Below are positions 38,517 through 50,000 of a DNA stretch of 64,000 bases, in pieces. The translations under genes were made by a program, and so were the position numbers. The DNA lies in assembly GCA_013265495.1 (NCBI GenBank), contig MU058781.1, positions 6,352,522-6,416,521 of the forward strand, read 5' to 3'. The DNA is from Vicugna vicugna. Lineage: Eukaryota. The notes below the pieces were generated by a model. That model was given only the letters and a program-made list of their open reading frames with translations, ran no database searches and had not been told where the DNA came from. Position 1 is the stretch's first letter. Every line of letters starts with the position of its first letter.

Positions 38517-38534
38517 CGTGTGTGTGTGTGTGTG
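38517..38534. repeat. (GT)n microsatellite
   Basis: Directly visible. Further (GT)n tracts at ~5981-5993 and ~50708-50733; (TA)/(GATA) tract at ~33784-33818. Confidence 0.85.
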
Positions 38535-38557
38535 AATATGAATGTGCAGTGTATTTT

Positions 38558-38691
38558 TGTTTATTTATTTAGAGAGATTAGGTTTATTTATTTATTTTAT
38601 TAGTTTATTTATTTTATGGAGGTACTGGGGATTGAACCCAGGACCTTGTGTGTGCCAAGCATGCACTCTACCACTGAGCTACACCTTCCCC
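38558..38691 (-). mobile_element. tRNA-Ala-derived SINE (vic-1-like, camelid)
   Basis: Reverse complement reads GGGGAAGGTGTAGCTCAGTGGTAGAGTGCATGCTTGGC...GGTCCTGGGTTCAATCCCCAGTACCTCCA plus an A-rich tail containing AAACCTAAT. Flanking TGTATTTT repeat (38550-38557, 38698-38705). Confidence 0.88.
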
Positions 38692-39309
38692 TGGAGATGT
38701 ATTTTAATGACCAAAATAAAGAGGATGATTCTGCTTTTGACTTACACACTAATGGTATATCCTCAACTTACTCATTCCCCCAAACTAAGTGGTTAGAACT
38801 GAGATCCTGACTTCTCCTCCTATTTAAATTCTAATTGTAGTATCTATTTTCTCATGTCTTAATAAGTATGAAAAAAAGCTATTCTAAAATTTTACGGCTG
38901 AAATCCACTTACTCCAATCGCATATGAGCATCTTCAGCCCCTGATATCACCTGGTTTTAGGATGGGACAGAGGACAACTTTTAAATCAAAGAGACAGTAA
39001 GCATGGTATAAATTTCACTTAACATTTTCCTTGTATATGTATACTGCTGAGTAGTTCAGTATTTCTAACATGATTTAGTTTGGTTATTCTGGTAACAATA
39101 AACCAATTGGAAATCTGGCATTTTAGCATTGGGCTCTTTCTGGTTCTGCCCTGATTCAGGCTGTGAGCTTTGGCCGTTCATTCAGGAGATTTCTACTTGT
39201 ACTTAGGAAGGGGGCAAGCACCCTAAGATCAGAACAGGCCATTATAAGATTTTTTTATAGTTAAAAAAAGTTTTAAAATTTTTTAGAATTAAAAAAATGT
39301 AATAGTTTC

Positions 39310-39575
39310 TTAAAATTTTTTTAATTGGCATAAAAGTTACCATTTTAACATGAAAGTCAATGACATTAGGTGCAATCGCAAAGTTGTTCGGCCATCAGCA
39401 TCATCCATCTCCAGAACTTTTTCATCCTTTCAGCTGAACCTCTGTACCCATTAACGACAAACCTCCATTTCCCTCTTCCTCCAGCCCCTCGCAACCACCA
39501 TTCAACTTTCTGTCTCTATGAATTTGCCTATTCTAGATGCCTCAAATAAGTGAAATCATGCAATATTTGTTTTTT
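39310..39575 (-). mobile_element. L1MA/MB-type 3' end
   Basis: CCATCTCCAGAACTTTTTCATC...GCAACCACCATTC.ACTTTCTGTCTCTATGAATTTG. Confidence 0.8.
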
Positions 39576-42129
39576 TTTAACATGAGCTTTATATCCAGGG
39601 GAATTCCATCTCGTTTTGTTTTTCTAAACTAGACCCCTTTCCCACTTAGGAAAACATATCTTCTTTTACTGAGAAGTTACATATAATAAGATGGTTTCCC
39701 TTTCATTATACAGCCCTATATGGAAGGGACATGGAAGTTGTCTAAAACAAGAACTTTCAGTTATTATGGATGTGATCTTCATCTGCCCTGTCTGGTTAGT
39801 GAGACATCTAATAATCCTTGCTTCTCATTAACCACTTAGCCGAGTGGAGAAGGTGCAGTCATCCCTAATTAAAATTTCACCTCTGTCTGATGAATAGATG
39901 AATTACGTAACTTTCGAGGTTCCTGATGACCCCCAGCTTCTCAGAATTTAAAGGCCATTCTGTGATACAAAAGTCTAACCTAAAATCATTCTTGTTTTGA
40001 CAGAAAGGGGTATTAAAGAGCAGTAGGGTTCTGGGATTCTGAAAGCCGAAGTGAGGTGGTCTAAATGGTAGTACTGAAGAGGAGGATGGTTCCTGGAGAA
40101 GCGGGATGCTGCAGACACCAAAGACAGACTTTGAAGTACATAGACAACACTGGCTGTCTTGTGTCCATATTTGTGCACACTTTAATGAGAAAATAACCGT
40201 TACTGCTTGGCATCAGTCCACGGAGATCCAGAGAAACTCTGGGATCCATTGATTCATTCCCCTATTATGAATGACTGTTGTATGACCAGCAGTGCAAATC
40301 ACTGCAGATGCGAAGGTAAATAGCAGTGAAGGAAGATATAAAGACCATGAAACTGTGAACATAGGTCTCAAAGGAGCGACTTAGGTGGTTTTCATCATTC
40401 GTTCCAACCTGGTTTCTACTTAGTTTTATTTGAGGAAGAATTGCTGAATTCCTATCAGATGAACTGATTATTTTAATCTAAGGCAACAAGAAGCAGTCAG
40501 ACTGGACACACTAATAAACTGGCCAGTCGAGTTTTCCAGAACCAGGTAAAATAGACTTCTGGGTGGTAGATGTATAGTTCAGTCTGACTATAGTGTGATG
40601 CATAGCTGGGGATGTCCATTTTCTGCCGTCTCGGTTTAGAAGCCTGTGTATTGCCCAGAGTGTGTAGGTAAGGGATTAGAGTGATGTAAGAGTGGTCTTT
40701 CCGTCTAAAGAATACTGCCTGGTACCTCTGTTCACCTCTGTCCAGTGGCAGGAAGCTCAGATAGCTGGCATAGTGAGTAGGTTGATGGAAATGTCCATTT
40801 AATTGGTTGCTTGGCCTCACTTTCTAGCGTGATAAAAGCTGTGGCTAGAGGTTTCCAGGGGTATAGTGCAGGTTCTCAGGTATTAAGGCAAAATTTGTAA
40901 AGTTTGAATATTGACTCCCCCTGCTCCGTTTCCATTCTTATTTGTTTCTTAGTACTCTCATGGTACCACTGGCTGTGCAGAGTCCCCGCTGCGTGGACAC
41001 TCTCCTTTCCCTCTTCTTCCTGCTTCCAATGGCCTCTCCCTTCACTAGGACTCCTTTCTCAGTGCCTCTTATGAGTGGAAGTTGGACAATTTTCTAAAGT
41101 TCTTCAGTAACTGAAAACTTTAAAAAAGAGGTTTGTTAATGCAAATGAGTCCCTAGGTAATACTGAATTAGGGATGAGGCTCATTTTTATGCTTCTAGCT
41201 TTTGGCTGGGAGTTTTCAAACTGGGTACGTTTACTATACACAAAGACTTCTGTAAGATCCATGCACGTGAGTGTTTGGAGAAGATACGTTTATAAATCTT
41301 CATCTTTCATAAGTGCTTTTTACCTAAGACTGACTTCTAGAGAGTGGATTTGTAACAGGGGTGCAAGTTCCCTTTCACACCTCCTTTTCCTTAATCACCT
41401 TTCTCTTTACATAAGAAAGGCCTTTCTCTAACCCATCTTATTAGTCCATTTTACTAAAAGGCCTATCTCTTACCCATTTTACTACAACGCACTGCCCGAG
41501 GATGTAAAAACCTAGGGGATGGAGAGGGCAAGAATAGGGGATATTTCAGAATACCAGTTTTAGGGGTGACAAAAGTGAATAATTCTAATACCTGGACAGA
41601 GATACTCTTACAAGTCTTCAGTTTTCTAAATCTTTGTTCAAACAAACAAACAAGCAAACAACTGAAAGTCAATCTAATCAAATTATAAACTAATGTTAAA
41701 GGATAAATTTTAAAAGATGAAATCATGATTCTCATACATATAAAAAAATGAACATTTAAAAACTAATTAAAAAATGAGAGAGCCAGAAAGGTCTTAAATC
41801 AGTTCAAGGGAGACATTGACGGGAATGCTAAAATGAATTTGCTTAATAGGTGTGAACTGGCTTCTTCCACAGTGGGAGAGGTAAGTCCATTGAACCTTCC
41901 ACAGAATAAATTTTATTTACATGCCTATTCACAATTATTTCCTTGCTTTACTATCAGTTTTCTACAAGTTAACTTCTATCGCTACAGAGTTGTAAAATAG
42001 CTGAGTCGTGGACGACAAATGGCAGAGAGAACCCAGATGGATGAGTAGTTAGGCTACTCACTAAATTTCCATCGTCCCCGCTTCTTCCTTACATTGATGA
42101 TTAGATTAATTTGGATATTTAGTCACCAT

Positions 42130-42700
42130 GAAATGTTTAGTATATAACTCAGAAGAATTTTAAAGAAATGAATGACATTTCTATTACAAAATTTCATCCT
42201 TTCTCCTCTCCTCATTTGTGTGAACAGTTTCTCAGCATTTATATTGATAAAAACAGAAATTGAGAATCGCATTAATCTTTAACCCTGACTCATTCTAGCA
42301 ATAAGTGTACTCAGCCACATATGCATGAAATAATTGAAAAACAAAAGAGCGTTTTCCAATAAAAATGCTTTTATTTACACTTAGTAATTATCTGTCAATG
42401 TTTGTAATATTTTTGTTGTTTTGATGACTTTATTCTAATAAGAGTTACAATGGTAACAATCAGAAGAGCATTTTTTAACCCTTGAATTTAAATTTTTATA
42501 TATATATATACACACATACATATATATTCTTTTGATGCAGAAAAGTATAATAAGTATAATAAAGGATGTTAAAACATAAAGCTAGGATAAACTCTTACAA
42601 AGCAAGAAGAATGGAAATATAAATTCAAGGAAAAAATATAATCGTACAGAATTTGTGATTGTCAAAAAGTAGCCTGTTTATGTATTCTTTTAAAATGAAT
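42130..42700 (+). mobile_element. hAT-Charlie transposon remnant with transposase C-terminal fragment
   Basis: ~42192-42276 translates, with one frameshift, to FHPFSSPHLCEQ-FSAFILIKTEIENRIN, resembling the hAT dimerisation motif LLPF.STYLCE.GFS...KTK.RNRL. Right boundary approximate. Confidence 0.6.
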
Positions 42701-43234
42701 GATGATGGATTTCAGTGGATATATTTCAACAAGTGATAAAGTAGTTTCACGTTTACCTGTCAGTACAGAGTGCTGCACTTCACAACAACTCACATTTTGG
42801 TGAAAGTTTTTACATGCCAACCTAAAAATGTGCAAGACAGTTTTATGAAATTCTTTTAGGATGTATTCAAGTAAGAATTTGAAAATCCCTTTGTAGTTTA
42901 TCCTGTGTCTGTTTTCTGACCAAAAATCAAGAGTCTGTGATGTGGCAAACCATTTCTGCAAGTTTTGCCCTTGATAAATGAACCAATGTATTGATTGACA
43001 TAGTGATTCCTTGTTCTGCTAGATTTAGAGAAGGCATTCAAGAACTCAGGTTCTTGATACTTGTGACGTCTCCCCAAAGAGAATAATAACCCATCACAGT
43101 TCGTTTGTTTCTTTCTTTTTAGGCAGTTGTATCTTCACTTCACTCATCTTTCCTCTTCTCCCCTCCGAGGCACTCACTGTAAGGCACTACATGTGGGTGT
43201 GTGTATATGTGTAATAACCAGACAGATGGCACTG

Positions 43235-44750
43235 TTTGGATCTGTGAATGTATAGTTTTCACCAAGTTTGGGAAGTTTTTGGCCATTCTTTTTTTTTTTT
43301 TTCTCCTCATTTTTTTTTCAAGTATGTTTCCTACCTCAGTCACTTTGTCCTCTCCTGGGGTTCTAATGATACAAATATTAAACCTTTTAATATTGTCCCA
43401 CAGGGTTTTTAGGCTTCATTCACTTTTTTGTTCAACCTTTTTTCTCTCTGTTCTTCAGGTTATCTGTATCATCAGATTTATTGGCATTCCCTTTGTCATC
43501 TCCATTCCACTACTGAGCCCATCCAGTGCATTTTTTACCTGTTATTGCAGTTTTCAGTTCTAAAATTTTCACTTGTTTCTTTTTTTTAGGTTCTATGTCT
43601 CTGCTGAGAATGTCTATCTTTCCACTCATTTCTAGAATGTTTACCTTTATTTTCTAGAGCATAGTTAAAACAGCTCCTGTAAATCTATGTGATAATTCCA
43701 ACATCTGTGTCGTCTTGGAGTTGGTATGTGTTAATAGTCTTTTCCCTTGAGAACTGGTCACATTTCCCCTGGTCTCTTGCATGTCAAATATTTTTGATTG
43801 AATTATGGACTTTTTGAGTATCATGTTGTGAGATTCTGAGTCCTTTCGAAATGCTCAAATTTTGTTTTTATCAGAGAGTCAGCCCAGTTCTGTCTTGCAT
43901 CCTGTGGGCAGTGGTTCCAATATCAGTTCATTTTTTCAAGCCTTTGCTCTGCTGATACTGGATCCCCCAGAAGCACTATTTAGGGGTTAGTCTGGGAGCT
44001 GAGTAGTGGGACTTGAGCAGAACTTACATATCCTAGTGCAGTTCTCAAAGCCTTTGGATCTGTCCCACACATACACAGCTCAGGGGCACAACTGGGGTTC
44101 CCACTGGTTCATGCACAACATCAAGAGACCCCCTTCATCAGCTGTCTTCTCTCCGGGATCCTTCCCTCACTCTTCTGCCCCTATGAGCCTTTTTTTCTCC
44201 TAGTCTTATGGCCAGAAAGACTGGATTTCTCTTGAGGTTTTAGCTGCTCATGCTGCTGCAGTATGGTTCCCCAACATGGGGGCCATCCTTAGGGCAAAGC
44301 ACTGAGGGAAAAATAAGAGGGAAAAATGACAGGGATTCTGCCTACACTCCTTGGGTCACAAAGGCCCCTTTCCCTGCTCTTCTGGCAGTAAGACCAGGGT
44401 TTTCTTGGAGAAATTCTAGCTGCCTGTGCTGCTTACTGCTCTGCCAGGCAGTTCTGTGACTGCAGCCACCCTTGGGAGAGAGAAGAAAACCAACAACAAC
44501 CCGGACTCTCCTTCACATTCTACCACTTGTCGAAGCCTCCTTTCCAAGTCCTCCGCCCAAAAACAGGAGGTTCCCTCGGAGTTTGCTGCCTGCACTCCCT
44601 GTGCAGTTCCGACCTCAGGTCAACTCTGAAGGGAAAAGAGGAAGAAACCCAGAAATGGATCCTTTTTTCAAGTTTAGATTGCCCTCCTCCACTCCCCTGC
44701 TGTTGTTCAACCTCCAAAGTCAGGGAGTTGCTTTTTGTGTTTTGAACACA
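43235..44750 (-). mobile_element. Old L1M 5'/ORF1 region
   Basis: ORF 43140-43343(-) includes MAKNFPNLVKTI..QIQ, an L1 ORF1 motif; antisense L1M text follows. Right boundary uncertain. Confidence 0.6.
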
Positions 44751-45310
44751 GTTTAGGGACAGGCTGTAGTTCCCTCTGAGGCTACTGTTCCATCACTGGT
44801 AGCGGCTCCCCTTCCCTCATCCTCTCTCCCCTGTTCTCCACACATCCCGCCGTTCTTTTCTTTCTGCTTTCTCCTCTCTCTCTGTTTCCTCTTTACTTTG
44901 GGCTCCCAGGTCCAAAGAGCAAAAAAGAACCTCTAGTCTTTAGGCAGTCCACAGCTCTATTTGAAAACTCTGATTTTGTCACAAGTAATAAATCAAAGTC
45001 AAGAATGAAAGCAGACCCAGGAGGCTGGAGACATGTGAAGAAGCAAAAAAAAAAGGTTGGCAGGGAGCTCTTGGGCCAAATCCGTCATCACCTGGCTATT
45101 TTAAATCAAATGATCACAGTTGCACGTGTTGAAAATGTTCATACATAAAACGGGCCCACTGCTTAAGAACTGATTCTTAGAGTTTTTCTTTTAAGAGAGT
45201 TGCTGGATCTGTTATTCAGTTGTCTATAAATCCTACAGTGAATGCTAGAGTTTTGAGATTAGAAGGAATTTCAGCAAACCTAGTACTTTTGTTATTCCAG
45301 AGAGACATGG

Positions 45311-46560
45311 CATTAGCAGTATTCTCCTAGGGCAAACTACTCAGGCAATAGAAATAAAAGCAAAAATAAATAAATAGGACCTAATTAAACTTACAAGCTT
45401 TTGCACAGCAAAGGAGACCATAAACAAAATAAAAAGACAACCTATGGAATGGGAAAAAATATTTGCAAATGATGCTGCTGAGAGGAGCTTAATTTCCAGA
45501 ATATATAAACAGCTCATACAATTTAATAACAAAAATAACAAACAGCCCAATCCAAAAATGGGCAGAAGACCTAAACAAGCAATTTTCCAATGAAGAAAAA
45601 TGGCCAATAGGCACATGAGAAAATGCTCAATATCACTAATTATCAGAGAAATGCAAATCAAAACTACAATGAGGTATCACCTCACACCAGTCAGAATAGC
45701 CATCATTTAGAAGTATACACATGGTAAATGCTGGAGAGGGTGTGGAGAAAAGGGAACCCTCCCACACTCTTGTTGGGAATGTAGTTTGGTGCAGCCATTA
45801 TGGAAAACAATATGGAGGTCCCTTAAAAAACTAAAAATAGACATACCATATGATCCAGCAATCCCACTTCTGGGCATATACCTGGAGGGAACTCTAATTC
45901 AAAAAGATACATGCAGTGAAATGTTCATAGCAGCACTATTTACAATAGTCAAGACATGGCAGCAACCTAAATATCCATCAACAGATGACTGGATAGAGAA
46001 GTTGTGGTACATTGATACAATGGAATACTACTCAGCCATAAAAAAGAATAAAATAATGCCATTTGCAGCAATATGGAGAATAAAATAATTTGCAGCAATA
46101 TGGATGGACATGGAGATTGTCATTCTAAGTGAAGTAAGTAAGAAAGAGAAAGAAAAATACCATATGATATCTCTCATATGTGGAATCTAAAAAAGAAAAG
46201 AAAAAAAAAGAACACTAATGAACTCACCTACAAAACAGAAACAGACTTGCAGACACAGTAAACAATCTTATGGTTACTGGGGGAAAGGGAGTGGGAAAGA
46301 ATAAATTTGGGAGTTTGAGATTTATAGATGTTAGCCACTATATTTAAAAATAGATAAATAAATTTCTTCTGTATAGCACAGGAAACTATATTCAATATTT
46401 TGTAATAACCTCTAATGAAAAAGAATATGAAACAAATATGTGTGTGTATGTGTGTGTATATATATATATATATACACATACATACATACATGACTGGGAC
46501 ATTATGCTGTACACCAGAAATTGATACATTGTAACTGACTATACTTCAATTAAAAATTTT
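45311..46560 (+). mobile_element. LINE-1 3' fragment (ORF2 end + 3' UTR), intermediate age, sense in CAP2 intron 1
   Basis: ORF2 remnants ([31 protein letters not shown], 45786-46088) with stops and frameshifts; 3' UTR ends CTGACTATACTTCAATTAAAAA. Confidence 0.92.
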
Positions 46561-48199
46561 TTGAAATCCTAAAGAAAAGAGAGTATGGAAAGCCCAAAGG
46601 CTCACATTAGCTGAATCACAGGAGAAAGCCACAGTGGTTCTAAGTGGGAAAAACTAATCTAGTATCTCCTTTTAAATGGAAATTTCTCCTGTGGAAATCT
46701 GGCTTTTTGCCTGATCCAGGATTATGCCAGTGAGTGGGCAGGCAAGGGAAAGGCAGTGAGGGGTAGCCAATTAATTAGTCAATCAAAAAATATTTATAGA
46801 AGTCTCCATGTACTCAGCAGCATGCAGACTCAGTGGGAGATACAAAGAAAGTCAGCTACAACCTCAGCACAGTAAAAGCTCGGACTGGTCTCCTTGGGAG
46901 GCAAGGTGCCCATGTGCTAGCAGGAAAGATGGCAGGAGGCAGTATTTTAACTGTGCAGTATGTCTTGGAGATACCAAGTGTGTAATACAGACAAATAGGC
47001 TGTTATTCTGGGCTTATCACCACTTACTCTGTGCCAAGGGGTGTCAGTTTTCAAAGCAGCTGTGAAAGCTGCTTTTTATAGCTGGTTTGAATGAGTACTC
47101 AGGGCCTTAGCAGACCCCTTACCACCGAGCCTAGGATGGCTTGGGTGAGAAAATATGAAGGATCAAGGAGTGTTATCTTCCAAAAATGATTCCATAGAGA
47201 TTGTGCTTGTGTCCTCCTCAGAGGACTATTTAAAAGCAAAACAGTCATTATTGAAATGTTTAGGGCAGAAGCTTTGTGACTACAAAATTACTAATCACCT
47301 AGCAAAATACTTATTTTAGAGTAACCATTACACAGGGACTTGAGAAAACCTCTCTCAGAGATATTGGAAGAGTAAGTATATGGACAGAGGAAAGTGAAAT
47401 GTTGAGAAAATAATAACAACAGGGTACTGCCCTGAAATTTTCAGCTAGCCATTGCCATCGGTCAGGTCTTCTAGATGACTGGCCAGCATTTCGCGTACAC
47501 GAAGGCTGGATGTAGATCTGACTGTTCCTGTGAGAGTGTTACGAGATGGGGTGTCTTCCTAACAGTAGCTAACATGTTTGTCACACCGTATGCCAGACTT
47601 TTTATGCCTTTATATGCATATTTATAGCAATCCAATATACAGATAGCAGCGAAAGCAAACAAAATTAAGCTCTTTTCCCAGTGTCTCCCAGCTAATGATT
47701 CCAAAGCCAGGGCCACTCCATACTACCCCTGTTAAAGATGGGCAAAACAATTGAGACCTTATAAAATGTTTGAAAGTGTGGGGAACTCTCCATTCCTGGA
47801 AACTACTGTGAAAAAGGATAGAAATAATGTTTCTCTTCGTCTTTAAGTGTAGTCATTGTACTTTTGGCATAACGTTGGACATTTGACATAAAATTGTACA
47901 GTGTTAGGAATTAAATATCTGCACTTTAATGATGGGTTTTATAAGATGATCAGTGAAGCCAAAAAAAAAAAATTAAAACGATGACAGCTACCTCTTCTCC
48001 TAGGAAATTGTCTCCAGAACACCTTTTATTCCAAGACAGTATATGAGAAAATACTGATTGGCTATATTCTTATTGAAGTATATGAAGTTTTTATAAACGT
48101 ATGCAGTTGGTGTGAGAGAAGTTTGAATTGCTTAAATATTTACAATGCTAACTTCTTTATTTGAAAACAAACAAACTTGTTTTATATAAACTCACCCAG

Positions 48200-50000
48200 A
48201 CACAAACAATATCCAGTTGCCCATTCAATCTTTTTTACACCTCTTAAAAATCATTTATAAAGAAAATATTTGCTTAACCACAAAGCACATCATCACGAAA
48301 GTTCAAAACACTGGAGACAGGTAAGATCCCAAAAACTTCCTCTGGAGAGGAGAACACAGGTTACATACGAAGAATGAAGAATCAGAATGGCTTTGGACTT
48401 CTTAATAGCAGCCTGGGGAGCTGGAAGAAAATGGAGTGATGCCTTTAAAATTGTGAAGAAAACTTCCAGCATGGAATTCTGCACTCAGCCAAACTGATAC
48501 AGAAAAAAATGAGGGGTGTGAAAGGACGGCCGTGTCCCAGGTCTCAGACGAGTCCCTGGGATGTGCCCCACCAAGTGAGGGTCCTTGGCTTCGTGCAAGA
48601 AAGAATGCAAGAGTGAGCCATAGTAGAGTGAAGGTAGGTTTATTCAGAGAGATACACACTCCATAGAGTGTGGGCTGCCTCAAAAGGCGAGAGAAAGGCC
48701 AAGGGGCCTAGGAGATACACATTCCATAGGCAGAATGTGGGCTGTCTTACTGAGAAGGGAGAGCAACAGCCTCGGAGTGTGGGGTCTGGTAGGAAAAATG
48801 AGATCGGCCACAAGATGTGCGTGTTGTTAGTTTCTGTGGGCTCGGTAACTTCGTATGCTGACAAGTGAGAGGATGATTCCAACTACTCTGGGGAAGGAGC
48901 TGGGATTTTCCAGGAACTGGTCCATCACCCACCTTTTGACCTTTTATGGTCAACGTTGAAACTGTCATGGCACCTGTGGGAGGGCCATTTAGCAGCTATT
49001 GTATTTCAATAAGCGTATAATGAAGCTCAAGGTCTCCTGGAAGTTGAATCTTCCTCCATCTTGGTGCTGATTGCTGTGTCAGCCTTTTAATGGTTGTGCT
49101 CTGCCCCCTGCCCTCCTGTCTCAAAACCAGCAATCAAATGTGAGAGCAAAATATAGATTATTTTCAGACTTGTAAGTTCTCAAAAAATTGGCCTTTCATG
49201 TACTTTTTTTCAGAAGACAGTATTCTTCCTAGTTAAGAGGAAAGTATTCCAAGAAAGAGGATATAGAACCCAAGAAGCAGGTGATACCACATAAGAGGGA
49301 GAGCAGGGAAGTCCCTAAAATGAAGGTGGGGGCAGATCCCAGGTTATAGACGTGCAGCAGGCCTGCAGTGCATCCTTGCAGCTGGAGTGATTCTCCAGAA
49401 GAGATGCCTCTGGGAAAAAAAACTAAGAGAATTCCATATATGTCTGGCCTTATTGGAAGGAGACTTACACAATTAGGGGAAGAGTTCGGAGATGAGTAAT
49501 CATTTAAGTCTACAAAAAACTGAGAAACTAAAAACCATGGCTCTAGGGAAACGGGCTGTGCATAAAATGGAAAACAATCAGTATACCTCGTGACTCAGAT
49601 GGGAGTAGTCATAGTTGTGTTAACACTGATTGTCGGTCACCCAAAAATTGCGATAGAACACTATTGGCACAAAAGAAAACATGCATTTAATGTGCTGGGG
49701 GCATTGGGCAAGAAAAATGTAAACCCTCATGTTTTTGGTGGGAATGCAATGGGTAATGCCTAAAACTGAAGAAAATAAACAAGACGTAGAGATATAAGCA
49801 CGCTATTTAGAGATAAGGAGGTAATTACTAAAAGAAACAGCTAAAATAACTGAACGTGGTTGACTCTCAAGACAAAGAATGAGAGGAGGCCGTCAGGGGA
49901 CTGTTGTGTTTTTGTGATAAGCCTTGTAGAACTATTGACTCTTTAAATTCTGAGCATTCTTTGATAAAGATGAAAATTAAACTTTAAATGAAAAGCAAGG
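48200..50000 (+). mobile_element. HAL1 / L1 ORF1-like old LINE, split by an LTR
   Basis: GAATCAGAATGGCTTTGGACTTCTTAATAGCA...GAATTCTGCACTCAGCCAAAC resumes after the LTR as CAGCAATCAAATGTGAGAGC...TTTTCAGAC. Confidence 0.7.
48495..49123 (-). mobile_element. Solo ERV1-class LTR (MER41-like), 629 bp, antisense in CAP2 intron 1
   Basis: TG...CA termini (TGATAC at 48495, GTCTCA ending 49123); 4-bp TSD AAAC (48491-48494, 49124-49127); AATAAA on - strand at 48639-48644; cleanly interrupts the host LINE. Family assignment from recall. Confidence 0.85.

Noticed and set aside
45552..45561. CArG-box match CCAAAAATGG (also CCATTTTTGG at ~32666)
   Set aside because: It is L1 ORF2 coding sequence (PIQKW) shared by L1 copies; nothing indicates SRF function here.
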